64,000 nt of DNA from Eledone cirrhosa (GCA_964016885.1 OZ024754.1:7998001-8062000), one strand, 5' to 3'. Numbered from the stretch's first letter, positions 29,796 through 44,568 are shown. Made by a program: numbers and translations. Notes: generated by a model not told the origin, from the sequence alone.

Positions 29796-30191
29796 AAACA
29801 TCAAATAGTATAAAGTATTTAGATATTAGAACTGAAAAAGCAATTATACGGGGAAATAACATTGAAATGAATCGAAAGAATATTTATACACACAATGATA
29901 TTTTATTAGATGAAAAAGAATTAATGAATAAACATTATTGAAGAGAATTCATAAATTTCAAAGATTTCCTAAACAGAGATTTCATTGAGAAAAAAAAAAT
30001 ATATATATATATATATATTTCCGAAACAATAGTTTCTAATATAGTAGAAATGTAGATGGACGGACGAGAAAGTAGAAACAATGCCTATTGAAAAGATATA
30101 AAATATATCCACTTAGACTCACTCCAGATAGTTTGTTACTTTAAGGAAATGTTGAAAGAGGTAAACTTAACTATTCACTAAAGTACACACA

Positions 30192-30232
<41 letters not shown>

Positions 30233-30938
30233 AATACAATAACACATAAACACACACTAGTTAACAAAGAATACAAAAACACACTCAAACAGCAACACAG
30301 ACACCAAACATTAAACACACACACACACACAAACGCATGCGCAAACATAGACAGAGACAAGAAGAAATAAATTAAATAAAATGGCGTAGGTATTACAATA
30401 CAACGGGAGGAGACAATAGTAGCACTGATGATGTCGAAATGTGTGACGAAAGAACTTTCATAGACTATATATATTTATATATGTATTTTTAACCGTTGGT
30501 TAAATCAATGATAAACATTGATTGCCAGATAAATTAACTATGGAGATATAAAAGATACAGAAGCGAAAACCAACCCAAACTAAACAGTGAGTCTGTTCTG
30601 TTATTATTTCTGGCAATATAACAATATGACACTCCAATTTATTATAAATTAAATTTATGAATTTATAAATTTACGGTTGGTTGGTTCCACAACCGGACGG
30701 TTATTCATATATTGTCAAAGTTCTTTCGTCACTCATTCTGTGACCTCTTCGGTGACTGGGGATTCTTTTCTTTGTTTTGTGCCTCTCCTTTGTTCTGTCC
30801 TACGCCATCTTGTTTTTGTGTGTGTTGATACTGATTTTTTTTAGTTTCAGAAGATCCCGTTATGGGTGAAAGCAGCGATTCTTTGCTTAAACTTTAATCT
30901 GTTATTTTAATAAATAAATAAATATATATATATATATA

Positions 30939-31174
30939 ACGCCAACAGTTTTGCAACAAATGTCAATATGAATGGACCTGTTATTTTTATCTAAAGACAT
31001 TTTTTCCAATTCCATCCCGCCCGTCCCCTCAATCTATTTTATTTCTCATTCTTTCTTCTGATGAAGGACTAGCGTCCGAAACGTTAAGACACTCTTCCTG
31101 CTATATCAAGCGTTAACCTAATATATACCTTCCTAATATATACTGTACCGATTGTGTTATTTCTGTTTACCTTT

Positions 31175-31178
<4 letters not shown>
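30939..31178 (+). mobile_element. PLE-like remnant, family I
   Basis: Homologous (inverted) to 50965-51150; (TA)n flanks; contains an HHR. Confidence 0.75.
31054..31089 (+). ncRNA. Minimal hammerhead ribozyme, family I
   Basis: TCTT CTGATGA a GGAC tagc GTCC GAAA CG TT AAGA; the second copy has a GTC triplet. Confidence 0.8.
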
Positions 31179-31205
<27 letters not shown>

Positions 31206-31206
<1 letters not shown>

Positions 31207-31372
31207 ACGAAGGAAATGTGGTAAGGAACCAGGTGGACCACAACGCACCAAAGTACTCAATACTTAGGGTAGTAGAGTGGGTAATAGGAACGAGTAGGAC
31301 CCCGACGGCTGAGCTCAAGCCGTTTCGACGGCTCGAAACGGCTTGAGCTCAGCCGTCGGGGTGCTACTCCTT

Positions 31373-31375
<3 letters not shown>
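31206..31375. mobile_element. Family C inverted insertion
   Basis: Long arm (-) plus short arm (+) ending TTCCTATA. Confidence 0.8.
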
Positions 31376-31413
<38 letters not shown>

Positions 31414-31414
31414 C

Positions 31415-31448
<34 letters not shown>

Positions 31449-31709
31449 TATAGATATATATATGTGTGTGTGCGGGCACATACATATTCATAACAGTGTA
31501 TACTGTAACATTTATTTCGGAATTTTGAAATATCAATATATTCCAATGAATGGTGATTGATAGTTCTGTCCTACAATTCCTCAGATTTGGTTTCTATAGG
31601 AACCGTAGTCTGAATGAATGAAATTTCTGATGTTTGTAATAGATAGAGATTGTGATTGATGGCCAGTGTTGCCATGTTTTTCTGGGAACAATAGGTTGCC
31701 ATGGATACT

Positions 31710-32350
31710 AAATAATGGTTTCTGATATATGCACGAGGCCAGCAATTTGAGGTGAGGGGAAGGTCGATTAAACGACCGCAGTGCATGACTGGTACTATAT
31801 TTTACCAACGCTGTAAGGATGAAAGGCAAAGTTAACCTCGGCGGAATTTGAACTCGGGACGTAAATGGCCGTAACTCAATGCCACAAAGTATGGTGTTTG
31901 ACGCTCTACCGTTACTGCTAACTGCTAAATAATTATTTCTAGTATAGGCATGAGGCCAGTAATTTTAGGTGAGGGGGAAAAAAATCGATTAAATCGATCC
32001 CCATTGGATGACTGGTACTTTATTTTATCAGCCCCGTAAGGATGAAAGGCAAAGCAAACCTCGGCAGAATTTGAACTCAGAACGTAAAGAGTGTAACTCC
32101 ATGCGGCAAAGTATGGTGTCTCACGCTCTACTGATACTGCCAATTCCCCGTCTACTAAATAATAGTTTCTCATATAGGCACAGAGCTAGCAATTTGGTGG
32201 AGGGGAAAGTCGATTAAATTGACCCCAGTGCATGACTGGTACTTGATTTTATCAACCCCGTAAGGGGATTTTAACTCAGAACATAAAGGGGCGTAACTCT
32301 AGGTAGCAGAATGGCGTCCGACGCTTTATCAATACTGCCAATCCCCCGTC
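31710..32350 (-). mobile_element. Three tandem SINE S1 copies
   Basis: S1 motifs repeated three times. Confidence 0.85.
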
Positions 32351-32979
32351 TACTAAATATGACTGAAGCAAAGGTGTTTACTCGTGTGATCGATATAACA
32401 TGCATCAACTAACAGAACTTCAGCCAGCAGCAGCAGCAGCTGTTCCATTCTACAGAAATAACATCACTGGAATCGACAAAATCTTTTCCAGAACCATGTG
32501 AAAATTAGAATTAATTATCAAGTCCAGAGCCCACCACCCTTCCCCTTCTTTTCTTCTGTGGCCCTAGGCTCCTTGCTTTTTCCCTCCTTTTCGTCTTTGA
32601 CTCTAGTTCCTGCTTTTTCCCTCCTTTTCTTCTGTGGCCCTAGTTCCTGCTTTTCCCCTCCTTTTCTTCTGTGGCCCTAGAGTCCTTGCTTTTCCCCTCA
32701 TTTTCCTCTTATTTATGGCATTTATAATCCTTTCCTCAGCTTCCCCATACTCTACAACCAGATCTCCCCTCCTTTACTCCATCCCCCTTCTGTAATTTTA
32801 TTAATACAATTGTAAATATAATCGAAGTTTTTTTGGTTTTTTTAAGACTAAAAATAGAAGAAAAAAAGCTTAATGTTATCTTTATTTTTCTTGTTTAAAC
32901 GACTTATTATGTCTTCCGCGCCTCTGAATATTTGAGAGTCTCTAAACAAAACTGTTCTAATATTGATGCAATATATCAA

Positions 32980-33300
32980 CATTAATCAGAATACACTGAG
33001 GATGAAGAACTCAGAGCTGTACGGGATCCTCCCAAAAATCAGCTCGAAAGTAACAGAGTGGAGACTGAGGTTAGCTGGACATGCCCACTGACATCCAGAG
33101 TTGACACTGCACTCAGTGATCCTGTGGGATACCCCTGCATGGACACACTGGAAGAGGGAGACCGAGGCTGACATATGTTGATGCCCTAAGGACAGACACT
33201 GGTCTCTTGGAGACGCAGGACATGGCAGCGATAATGAGGGACAGAGACCGCTGGAGAGAACTCGTCCATGGATCTCGGTAATGTTACCCGCCCTAGATAT
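32980..33300 (+). mobile_element. RTE LINE R1 3' fragment, followed by expanded (GATA/GACA)n tail to ~33439
   Basis: Reverse complement homologue of 15551-15870, with stops. Confidence 0.85.
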
Positions 33301-33439
33301 ATAGATAGACAGATAGATAGACAGATAGATAGACAGATAGATAGACAGATAGATAGACAGATAGATAGACAGATAGATAGACAGACAGACAGATAGACAG
33401 ATAGATAGACAGATAGATAGACAGATAGATAGACAGATA

Positions 33440-33620
33440 ATTTTTTTTATTAGCCACAAGGGTACAAAAGAAGGGGACAAATACAAATGGGGAGTTTACA
33501 TACAGGTATATGAAAATAAAACTATTAATAAAATAACAAATAACAATTGAAATCCCCAATAGGGGGGTGACACAGGGATTGTACACACCCCGAAAAAACG
33601 TACAACCCTCATCTCCAGGA
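33440..33620 (-). mobile_element. 3' end of a poly(A)-tailed non-LTR element at (GATA)n (family X)
   Basis: Minus strand TGTCCCCTT..CCCTTGTGGCTAATAAAAAAAA; homologue at 43755-43945. Confidence 0.55.
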
Positions 33621-34425
33621 GGAGAAATATATGCCGGCCTTCCACGCATATCTGTCGTTGTGCGTAAAAGGAGAGTAAGATTTTCTGGCCACTGCCATCG
33701 TGCCACCTATGAGGCTGTGTCTCCATTAGTGCTTTAGAAACCACAAGCAGTCACTAATAACAGGGGGCACAAGCTCTCCTATCCCAATTTGCTGGCCACT
33801 GCCATCGTGCCACCTACGAGGCTGTGTCTCCATTAGAGCTTTAGAAACCACAAGCAGTCACTAATAACAGGGGGCACAAGCTCTCCTATCCCAATTTGCT
33901 GGCCACTGCCATCGTGCCACCTACGAGGCTGTGTCTCCATTAGAGCTTTAGAAACCACAAGCAGTCACTAATAACAGGGGGCACAAGCTCTCCTATCCCA
34001 ATTTGCTGGCCCCTGCCATCGTGCCACCTACGAGGCTGTGTCTCCATTAGAGCTTTAGAAACCACAAGCAGTCACTAATAACAGGGGGCGCAAGCTCTCC
34101 TATCCCGAATTGCTGGCCCCTGCCATCGTGCCACCTACGAGGCTGTGTCTCCATTAGTGCTTTAGAAACCACAAGCAGTCGCTAATAACAGGGGGCGCAA
34201 GCTCTCCTATCCCGAATTGCTGGCCCCTGCCATCGTGTCACCTATGAGGCTGTGTCTCCATTAGAGCTTTAGAAACCACAAGCAGTCATTAATGACTGGG
34301 GGCGTGCTCTTCTATCCCGATGCCATCTCCAGCGATTCTGGTATTGAAATCCAGGACTTGGCAACGGCAATGAACGACATACCCACGTTGAGTCCATTTC
34401 CGCTGAGGCCGCCGGATGATGATAT
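33620..34425 (+). mobile_element. RTE LINE family R2 3' fragment with six tandem 107-bp internal repeats
   Basis: Translates EIYAGLPRISVVVRKRRVRFSGHCHR..LSYP (repeated) then DAISSDSGIEIQDLATAMND; GATGATGAT tail; homologue at 63852-64000. Confidence 0.8.
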
Positions 34426-35557
34426 CTTTATAATATAACTAAGAGGTTTTGCCCTTTGAATTACATGTACAGTCCACCCGACGGTCTTCTGAGCAATTCC
34501 TGTCAACCAAATTTCACTCACAAAGCATGATTTGACCCACGGCTGTAGTAAATGAAAAATGAACAAGATACTACGCTGTGGATCGAATTCATGACCTAAT
34601 TATTGTAAAGAGAATGTCTTAACTATTCAGCCATATTGTGTTCACAATCTTCTCATTAGATGGAGCTGCATCAGCGCCCACCGTTTATATGTTGAGAGAC
34701 GGTAATAAAAAACCACTGACAATAACAAGACAACATCAATGAAACAACATATGGAATTCAGAGCGCTATGTTTATAAGACCGACGTTATAAATAGGTTCG
34801 CTGTATCATTACGATGATGGTCGAATGAATACTTAAGTAGTGTAATTAATATTGATTTGGTTTATATAGAACACTTGTTATCTTCTACATTCCACTGTTT
34901 TGTATTAACTATTTACCACAACCAACTAAACTTACAACAATGCTTTGTAATAAACATTCATGTTTTATACTAGAGTTAATTAAAAGCCGCACTGCAGAGC
35001 CAGTATTTTGAAAAGCTCTCTTAACGCAATACATTCGTCTGAGTTACTCGCCAATAATAAAATTGCAGATGAATTTAAATGTTTGCATTTTATTTTAGTA
35101 ACATACACTGGCTGACATAAGTGTAATTGAGTGTTTTCACTCACGTTATGCTCTTAAAACTAGGACTTTCATGGCAATCAATAATATATTCTGATAAAAA
35201 TGTTATTGCCTTTGGGGATATACAGTATTTTTTATGGAGTTATAAGTTATATCAAAGGAGAAATGATAAATCAGTTGTCATTATAAATAATTGTGTTAGT
35301 GTATATTTTATAAATAAAAAATATCTGCGGCAGATATTTCACAAACAAACTATTCATATGATGTAACATGCGTTAATTATAGAAGTTTCCTTATACATAA
35401 ACAAATAATCATGTTTATATTTTATATTTTAAACTAAATACATTTCAAAGGTATTTTTATTTTACTTTGATTTTACAGTGAATATTAAAATCAAAACAGA
35501 GTAGGCTAAGTTTAAATATAAAATATACGCCTTAGGTTGTCTGAATTTAACACACAC

Positions 35558-35597
<40 letters not shown>

Positions 35598-35734
35598 AGT
35601 AAGTATGTTTTGAAACAGTGAGCGAGTTTGAAATTAGAAAATATATAGCTTACACCGTATTTTTGACTAAAGGAATTTTAGCTTGATAACGGGGTTTCGA
35701 ACCCTCAGATAAATGGAAAAAGATGAGTATTGAC

Positions 35735-35773
<39 letters not shown>

Positions 35774-36015
35774 GATTGGTGCTCTGAAATAGCGATGTAT
35801 ACATGAATGTATGTATAGTATATTTGGCAATATACCGTATGTTTAATTAAAAACATTTTTGCCGGACCACCGGCAATCGCTCTGTATAATCAGCTCTTGG
35901 TTATTACTGGAATTCTGTAAGAATCCAGCCTCTATTATTTACGTATGTTTCGTTCATCCGATGAAATTATATATATATATATACATACATACATACATAC
36001 ATACATACATACATA

Positions 36016-36088
36016 CAAGGTGTCCCAAAAATGTATATACCCTTTGATTACTTAGAATGCTGTGGAAGTGTGTAGACATTTTTGGGAC

Positions 36089-36094
<6 letters not shown>
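36016..36094. mobile_element. Tc1/mariner-type miniature TIR element
   Basis: GGTGTCCCAAAAATGT..ACATTTTTGGGACACC inverted ends flanked by TA. Confidence 0.65.
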
Positions 36095-36130
<36 letters not shown>

Positions 36131-36175
36131 CTGTGTGTATTATAAATATATATGTATGTATGTGCCTCTGTGTGC

Positions 36176-36212
<37 letters not shown>

Positions 36213-36237
36213 GAGGCACATGCATACATATATATTT

Positions 36238-36428
36238 ATAATTGTTTCTACTTTTGGCACAAGGCCAGCAATTATCCCAGTGTATTACTGGTACTTTATT
36301 TAACGACCCCGTAAGGATGAAAGGCAAAGTTAACCTCGGCGGGATTTGAACTCAGACCGTAAAGAGCAAACTCTATGCTGTAAAGCATGGCGTCCGACTC
36401 TCTACCGATACTGCCAATTCACCGCCTA
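36238..36428 (-). mobile_element. Full-length SINE S1
   Basis: Head to tail present. Confidence 0.9.
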
Positions 36429-36716
36429 TATATATAGTAATAATACACACGGAGATTGTGCGTGCGTGCGTGATATAGAAGTTGAAAATTACAATTGTAT
36501 ACGAAAATCAATCACAGGTCCTTGTAATAATGAAATAATATATTAAAGTTTTGTGCATAAATCAGATATTCTTAATTAGTTGGCTTAATTAGAATAGTAA
36601 TTATTATGATAAATTATCTTTATATTCCAACCATCAATATCCATTATTTCTATTTACTATATAAAACAACATATTTCAAATTTAAATGATTTTCTTTATA
36701 TTGTCAATATTATAAT

Positions 36717-37513
36717 TCTATATAGTACTATAAGTCTGTGATTGGTTGCTTGTCTGTAATGTAATACAGCCAAAAAGGGGCACATAATGGGAAAATACTT
36801 TGAAAGGAAGTTGACCCTAAAATGGGAATACAAATGGAATAAAACAAGTTTCGCGTAATTGGGTACCTTCATAAACAGAGAGAGAGAGGGAGAGAAGATT
36901 GAAAGAGACGTGGAGAGAGGGACAGGAGACAGAGAAGGAAAATGGAAGAGAGAGCGGGTGATGTTGTGTATATATATATATATATATATATATACATGTG
37001 TGTATGTATGCGTGTGTATGTATGCGTGTGTATGTATGCGTGTGTATGTATGCGTGTGTATGTATGCGTGTGTATGTATGCGTGTGTATGTGTGCGTGTG
37101 TATGTATGCGTGTGCCTGTGTGCGTGTACCTGTATGCGTGTGTATGTATGCGTGTGCCTGTATGCGTGTGCCTGTATGCGCGTGCCTGTATGCGTGTGCC
37201 TGTATGTGTGTCTGTATGTGTGTGCATGTATGCGCGTGCCTGTATGTGTGTGCCTGTATGTGTGTCTGTATGTGTGTGTATGTATGTGTGTCTGTATGTG
37301 TGTCTGTATGTGTGTGCCTGTAAGTGTGTGTATGTATGTGTGTTTGTATGTGTGTGTTTGTATGTGTGTGTCTGTATGTGTGTCTATGACCAGTGTATAT
37401 AGATCACAGACACCCATATATATATATATATATATATACATACATACACACATACATACATATATATATATGCATACACACACACATACATATATATATG
37501 CATACACACACAC

Positions 37514-37558
<45 letters not shown>

Positions 37559-37680
37559 TACATATATATATATATGTATACACACACACATTTATATATA
37601 TATATATATATATATACATACATACACGTATATATGGGTGTTCCAGCTTCATTTCACAATATATACATGTCTGTGTATAT
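36717..37680 (+). mobile_element. Non-autonomous Helitron copy (3' end replaced by SINE S1 at 37680-37825)
   Basis: 5' TCTATATAGTACTA..AGTCTGTGA and body homologous to 52965-53632; internal microsatellites expanded. Confidence 0.7.
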
Positions 37681-38214
37681 TACTGGTACTTTATTTTATC
37701 GACTGCGTAAGGATGAACGGCAAAGTTAACCTCGGCGGGATTTGAACTCAGAACGTAAAGGGCCATAACGCTATGCTACAAAACATTGTGCCTGGCGCTC
37801 TACAGATACTGCCAAACCACCACCCTACAATATATGAATGCGGCGAATATACAATTATTTGCTCTACATCCACCGGATCTTTGCTGTCTGAGTTCCAACC
37901 CCGTTGATGCTAAACTTTATGTTCGATAAAATCGATATTGCAGATCAGGTCAGAAGATTTGACGGAGTATCAAACGAGAGGATTAGCTATTGTAATCTAA
38001 GTTTAAGTCCAGTTTTGCCCTACTTCAGTGATCCACGGTGACACACACAATCAGTTCCTGGGTCTCTAATGTAGAGCTCATTCTGTTCCAAGCAGCTAGT
38101 GAAAAATACAGTTTCGTACTATATTTATTGACACCGAAAGGGATAAAATAATGTTTGAACTTCTGAGCACAGGGACCGAAAACGAATAAAAGAAAATAGC
38201 CCAACACTAGGGGC

Positions 38215-38420
38215 GATGTATTTCACTGTGGCTTAGAGGTTAAGGAATTGGGCTCAGTCATAAGGTTACGAGATTGACGATGTATTTCCTTGTGGCTTAG
38301 TGGTTAAGGAATTGGGCTCAGTCATAAGGTTACGAGATTGACGATGTATTTCACTGTGGCTTAGTGGTTAAGAAACTGAGCTCACAATCATAAGGTTATG
38401 AGATCGAAACCTTGTATCCG
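38215..38420 (+). repeat. Three 64-bp tandem copies of a SINE tRNA-like head
   Basis: TGTGGCTTAGTGGTTAAGG A-box motif repeated in units starting 38215, 38279 and 38343. Confidence 0.7.
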
Positions 38421-39762
38421 TGAAGAAGACTTCATTTCTCGTCTGTCAACTCCATACGGATACATATGTATGTGTGTTATATTTAAAAATTACTTCCATG
38501 TACATACATACACATACATGTATACATATATATACATGTGTATATATACACATACATACATACATACATACATACATACATACATACATACATACATACA
38601 TACATACACATATATACATACATATACACACATATTCAAGATAAAGTGATAACTCACGGAGGAGAATTACAAAAAGTGTTATATATATTCATATGTATGT
38701 GTATAAAATATTTCATATATCTTGTTTTCCTTCTATTAGAGACAGCGTTAGTACGTGGGCTACTACGTGTTCACACACACACACACTCATTCAATTTCAC
38801 CTGAACTACTAGAATCTATAGAATCTGGTGATTCTGAGAAAGAGTTTACAAAGTGCAAAGTTTAATTTGCCGCGAGGGTATATACCGCATTTTGACATTT
38901 ATAATTTAAAATAAATGATGGTGATATACTTTTTATCGTTATCTTCTGATATCAAAATATTCAAAATAATTTCTTTTCAGTGTGCTGTTTGCTATTCTGG
39001 TGTTTGGTGGACTGTTTGTTATGTTGAAATATCGTATGGTGAAAATTAAAGCGATCAAAACATTCAAGAATTGTATATTAGTAACAGACACACACATACA
39101 TACATATTTGTCTTTTTGTCTATTTATTTCTTACCAGTTTAACGACTTTAAACATTCAGAAAATGTCACTCCTGAATCTCGGCTTATTTCCAGTATTTAG
39201 TCAAGAGATCCCGATGAAAGAATCCTCTAATCAGAAAACTGATGTGTGGGTTTGCAGCAGATTAGGCTCAGCTAAAAGCACCCAAGGATCAGGTGGTAAA
39301 TTAAAAAGGGGTATGAAAATATAACTGCCACACATATAAGTTGAGAGGTATTTGAAAGCAGAACAGAAGGTACTAAAACTAATACCACAAGGCTCTAACG
39401 CTGCCACCATTCCACCTCCCGATACTGGTACAGTATTTTATCGATCTTGCGAGGAGAACAGCTAAATATGCCCTTCATATAATTTGAACTCAGAGCTCGG
39501 ACAAGCAGAAAAATTACTTCAAAAGCATTCGTTTCATCTCAACCCCCTGAGGACTCACCCAATTTGCCACCACACAGACACACGTATAGGAGTAAATCTG
39601 CATTTGAATGTGTATAAGAGAAGTATATACAATACACATTTGATATTTAACCAGCATATACATGTTGAATAGTTAAACCTCTTATTGTCTCTGACACCGA
39701 AAATACGTTACGAAAACAAAGTATATGTCTGATTGTACACGTTATTACTCACGTCTACATTG

Positions 39763-41003
39763 CTATATACACACATCTACATACGCTATATACACACATC
39801 TACATACGCTATATACACACATCTACATACGCTATATACACACATCTACATACGCTATATACACACATCTACATACGCTATATACACACATCTACATACG
39901 CTATACACACACATCTACATACGCTATATACACACACATCTACATACGCTATATACACACACATCTACATACGCTATATACACACACATCTACATACGCT
40001 ATATACACACACATCTACATACGCTATATACACACACATCTACATACGCTATATACACACACATCTACATACGCTATATACACACACATCTACATACGCT
40101 ATATACACACACATCTACATACGCTATATACACACACATCTACATACGCTATATACACACATCTACATACGCTATATACACACACATCTACATACGCTAT
40201 ATACACACACATCTACATACGCTATACACACATCTACATACGCTATATACACACATCTACATACGCTATATACACACATCTACATACGCTATATACACAC
40301 ACATACATACGCTATATACACACACATACATACGCTATATACACACACATATACATACGCTATATACACACACATACATACGCTATATACACACACATAC
40401 ATACGCTATATACACACACATACATACGCTATATACACACATCTACATACGCTATATACACACATCTACATACGCTATATACACACATCTACATACGCTA
40501 TATACACACATCTACATACGCTATATACACACACATCTACATACGCTATATACACACATATACATACGCTATATACACACATCTACATACGCTATATACA
40601 CACATCTACATACGCTATATACACACATCTACATACGCTATATACACACATCTACATACGCTATATACACACATCTACATACGCTATATACACACATCTA
40701 CATACGCTATATACACACATCTACATACGCTATATACACACATCTACATACGCTATATACACACATCTACATACGCTATATACACACATCTACATACGCT
40801 ATATACACACATCTACATACGCTATATACACACATCTACATACGCTATATACACACATCTACATACGCTATATACACACATCTACATACGCTATATACAC
40901 ACACATACATACGCTATATACACACATATACATACGCTATATACACACATATACATACGTTATATACACACATATACATACGTTATATACACACATATAC
41001 ATA
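39763..41003. repeat. 23/25-bp minisatellite GCTATATACACACATCTACATAC
   Basis: Homogeneous tandem array. Confidence 0.95.
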
Positions 41004-41475
41004 GATTTTAGTGTAACAATAATAGAGGCCAATAATTAAACATTACTTAAGCTTATAGCAATAGCAATATTGTTCATAATCAGAAATACAAATAATATAT
41101 TCAGATATTCCTATTTATATGGAAGGCAATGATAGTCTTCAATTATTTATCTGAACAGTCAAATATATATTTTAATTTCTCTTTCTGCTATTGTCACGTT
41201 TATCTTTCTGCTGAAGGCATCCTCCCATATAATATCAACGAATGAAGGATGGCGTTATAATATATTTGCATAGCTGACACGGGGTTATGGATTCAGATCT
41301 GTGATTGTGTTTATTAAGACAAGCATTAACTCATAACAAAAGATCTTATAAAGACGTGCATGTCTGTGTATATATATTTTGTATAGCTACGGCTTCATAA
41401 AAGTGTATTTCTTTGGAGATGCGAAATAATTATACATATTGTATAAAGCTATGCTCGAAGCGAAATCCTATTTCT

Positions 41476-41519
<44 letters not shown>

Positions 41520-41565
41520 GGTATATATATCATTTCGTATACGATCCTATTACATACAACGCCAG

Positions 41566-41598
<33 letters not shown>

Positions 41599-41602
<4 letters not shown>

Positions 41603-41793
41603 AATAGAGTCACGACCCCGACGGCTGAACTCCAGCTGAGTTTCGACAGCTAGATCCAGTTCGGATCTAGCTGTAGAAACGGCCGCAGCTCAGCCGTCGG
41701 GGTCCTGACTCTCTTATTACTCACTCTACTACCCTAAGTATCGAGTACTCTGGTGCTCAATGGTTCACCTCGTATCTTACCACACTTTCTTTG

Positions 41794-41796
<3 letters not shown>
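41599..41796. mobile_element. Family C inverted insertion
   Basis: Short arm (-) plus long arm (+) with tail. Confidence 0.8.
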
Positions 41797-42203
<407 letters not shown>

Positions 42204-42424
42204 GCTGACCCGAGATAAGCGTACAGATATTTTATCGACCGTTAGGTACGAGAGAAAGTAACTTCACAATATTCTAGACTTGGGGTTTCCAACAAAACTC
42301 GTGTATTTTACGTTGTTTATACTTCACGATATCTTTACTATTATGTTAATATCAGAGTTTATCACCAGTATTAACTGGTTCTATTAATGAATTAATAAAA
42401 TATGGGTACCTGCGTGATTTAAAC

Positions 42425-42620
42425 CAGGCTTGTCAAACTGGGGGTCCCTCGAGGGCCACATGAGTCACGTGTGTGTTGTCTGAGGGCCTCATGACAACTA
42501 GTTGCGCACATAACTAATATTTTTAATTTTATATTACGAATATAAAACATCCTTGCGCTGTAAAAACCTTTGTGCGAGGCGCAGCTGTGTTTGTAAAGGG
42601 CCGCATGTTTGCCATGCCTG
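42425..42620. mobile_element. hAT-type MITE
   Basis: TIRs CAGGCTTGTCAAAC / GTTTGCCATGCCTG; 8-bp TSD ATTTAAAC / ATGTAAAC (7 of 8 match). Confidence 0.75.
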
Positions 42621-43397
42621 ATGTAAACAATTTGGAATGAATCATGGAAACTGGAACTCTTAACTACACTGATATTTTCCCAGTATTCAGTCTGTATTCA
42701 CGCTACATTGAGGTTGCATTCAGGCCTGCTTTTAGGCTGTATTCACGCTGCCTTCAGACTGTGTTCATGCTGCATCAGACTGTCCTTACTGCATTTGGGC
42801 TGCATTCAGGCTGCATTCGGACTGCATTCGGACTGCATTTGCAGTTTATTCAAATACTGTCCATCTATTCATTAATATTGATTATTGTATCAGCAACTTT
42901 TAGACCAGAGTTGATCAAACTGTGGCTCCAATGAGCCCAGGTATTTAAAAACAACCCATGAAATAAGCACACGTGTGTGCGATAATCTCATTTGTACATA
43001 TTACTTGCCATTGCAATTCACGAAACTAATGACAGGATTGTTGTCAGGCAATAATTGTCAGGTTACTGCAGCACATACTATAAAAAGTAAATAGTTTTGT
43101 ATAACAGCTGCTCGTAAATCGTTGCTAGGTGTTCATAATCAGGTAAATCTCTGTAATTAAAACCAGTGAGTAGATATCATCAATGCGCTATACATAGGTT
43201 GCTAATAAAAATTGATTTTGCGGTTTCTGTTGAGGGTCGTTTTTGTTGACAAGAAGATGTTCAGAGTGAAGAGAGCTTTGTTAGATTATATACAAAGAAG
43301 GCGATAAATTGTCAGAGTCGTTAGAACATCAGATAGAAGGATGTGCTCCGATCATAGCTGCTTTCTGTAATCTGAGTTCAAGTTTGCCTTTTATAAC

Positions 43398-43740
43398 AGA
43401 CAGATAGGTGACAGACAGATATATAGGTGACAGACAGATAGGTGACAGAGAGGTGACAGACAGATAGGTGACAGATAGGTGACAGACAGATAGGTGACAG
43501 ACAGATAGGTGACAGACAGGTGACAGACAGACAGATAGGTGACAGACAGACAGATAGGTGACAGACAGACAGATAGGTGACAGACAGACAGATAGATGAC
43601 AGACAGACAGATAGATAACAGACAGACAGATAGATAACAGACAGACAGGTGACAGACAGACAGATAGGTGACAGACAGGTGACAGACAGACAGATAGGTG
43701 ACAGACAGGTGACAGACAAACAGATAGATGACAGACAGAT
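43398..43740. repeat. (GACA/GATA/GGTGACA)n satellite
   Basis: Direct observation. Confidence 0.9.
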
Positions 43741-43754
43741 AATTCTTTATAGAT

Positions 43755-43945
43755 ATATTTCTTTATTTACCACAAGGGCACACAAGAAAAGGGGACAATA
43801 CAAGAACATATGCCGGGGATTTTACATACAATCGTGTAAAAAAGCGTTTAACAAATTCAACAATCGAAATTCACAATAGAGGAGCGGGGCTTTACAAATG
43901 GGTTGTTTTAAACCCCGTAGATAGAACAACCCTCAACTCCAGGAG
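43755..43945 (-). mobile_element. Family X non-LTR 3' end inside (GATA)n
   Basis: Homologous to 33440-33620; GATA-type repeats on both sides. Confidence 0.55.
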
Positions 43946-44031
43946 CATAGATAGATAGATAGGTAGATAGATCATTAGAAAGTGAGAGAGAGAGATAAAA
44001 TATACATGTCTACTACAGGTATCGATCCGTT

Positions 44032-44103
<72 letters not shown>

Positions 44104-44108
<5 letters not shown>

Positions 44109-44458
44109 GAAAAAAAGATGAAATCGAAAATGCAACTGGAGTCTTATTTTTGTTTAAATATATATATTTATTTGGTTCCTTTACCGGTTTCGCAGTTCTG
44201 CTTTTCAAAAGTAGAGTTGAGATGGAGGGTCTGTGGTTTTTCTCAGATGTGAGAAAAACCACAGACTCTCCATCTCAAATCTACTTTTGAAAAGCAGAAG
44301 AACTGCGAAACCGGTAAAGGAACCAAATAAATATATATATTTTTAAAAAAATAAGACTCCAGTTGCATTTTCGATTTCATCTTTTTTTCTTTATACTTTC
44401 ACTCGTGTAGGACACCTCGGTTATTTTTCATTTTGTAAAAAAAACCTCACTTTCTAAT
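44104..44458. mobile_element. PLE-like fold-back insertion, family K
   Basis: Near-perfect arms 44104-44245 and 44250-44394, tail to 44458. Confidence 0.85.
44284..44319 (+). ncRNA. Minimal hammerhead ribozyme, family K (U3-A8 core)
   Basis: CTT TTGAAAA GCAG aagaa CTGC GAAA CCGG TA AAG. Confidence 0.7.
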
Positions 44459-44528
44459 ATAAATATATATATATAAATATATAGTGGTAGAGCAATTGTT
44501 TCACCTTAGCGGATCCTCAGCTCGGAAT

Positions 44529-44568
44529 CCGAGTTGAGGATCCGCTAAGGTGAAACAATTGTTCTCGG
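44529..44568 (+). ncRNA. Minimal hammerhead ribozyme, family G (within fold-back 44481-44602)
   Basis: CCGAG (T/C)TGAGGA tCCgctaaGGt GAAA CAATTG TT CTCGG; the inverted arm retains CTGAGGA. Confidence 0.7.

Noticed and set aside
30843-30905. CAGAAGA-TCCC..GGGT-GAAAG repeat (inverted copy at 12585-12640)
   Set aside because: A real dispersed repeat, but the core and helix III are not convincing as an HHR.
39163-39324. 53-codon ATG ORF in non-repetitive DNA
   Set aside because: No recognisable homology; length expected by chance.
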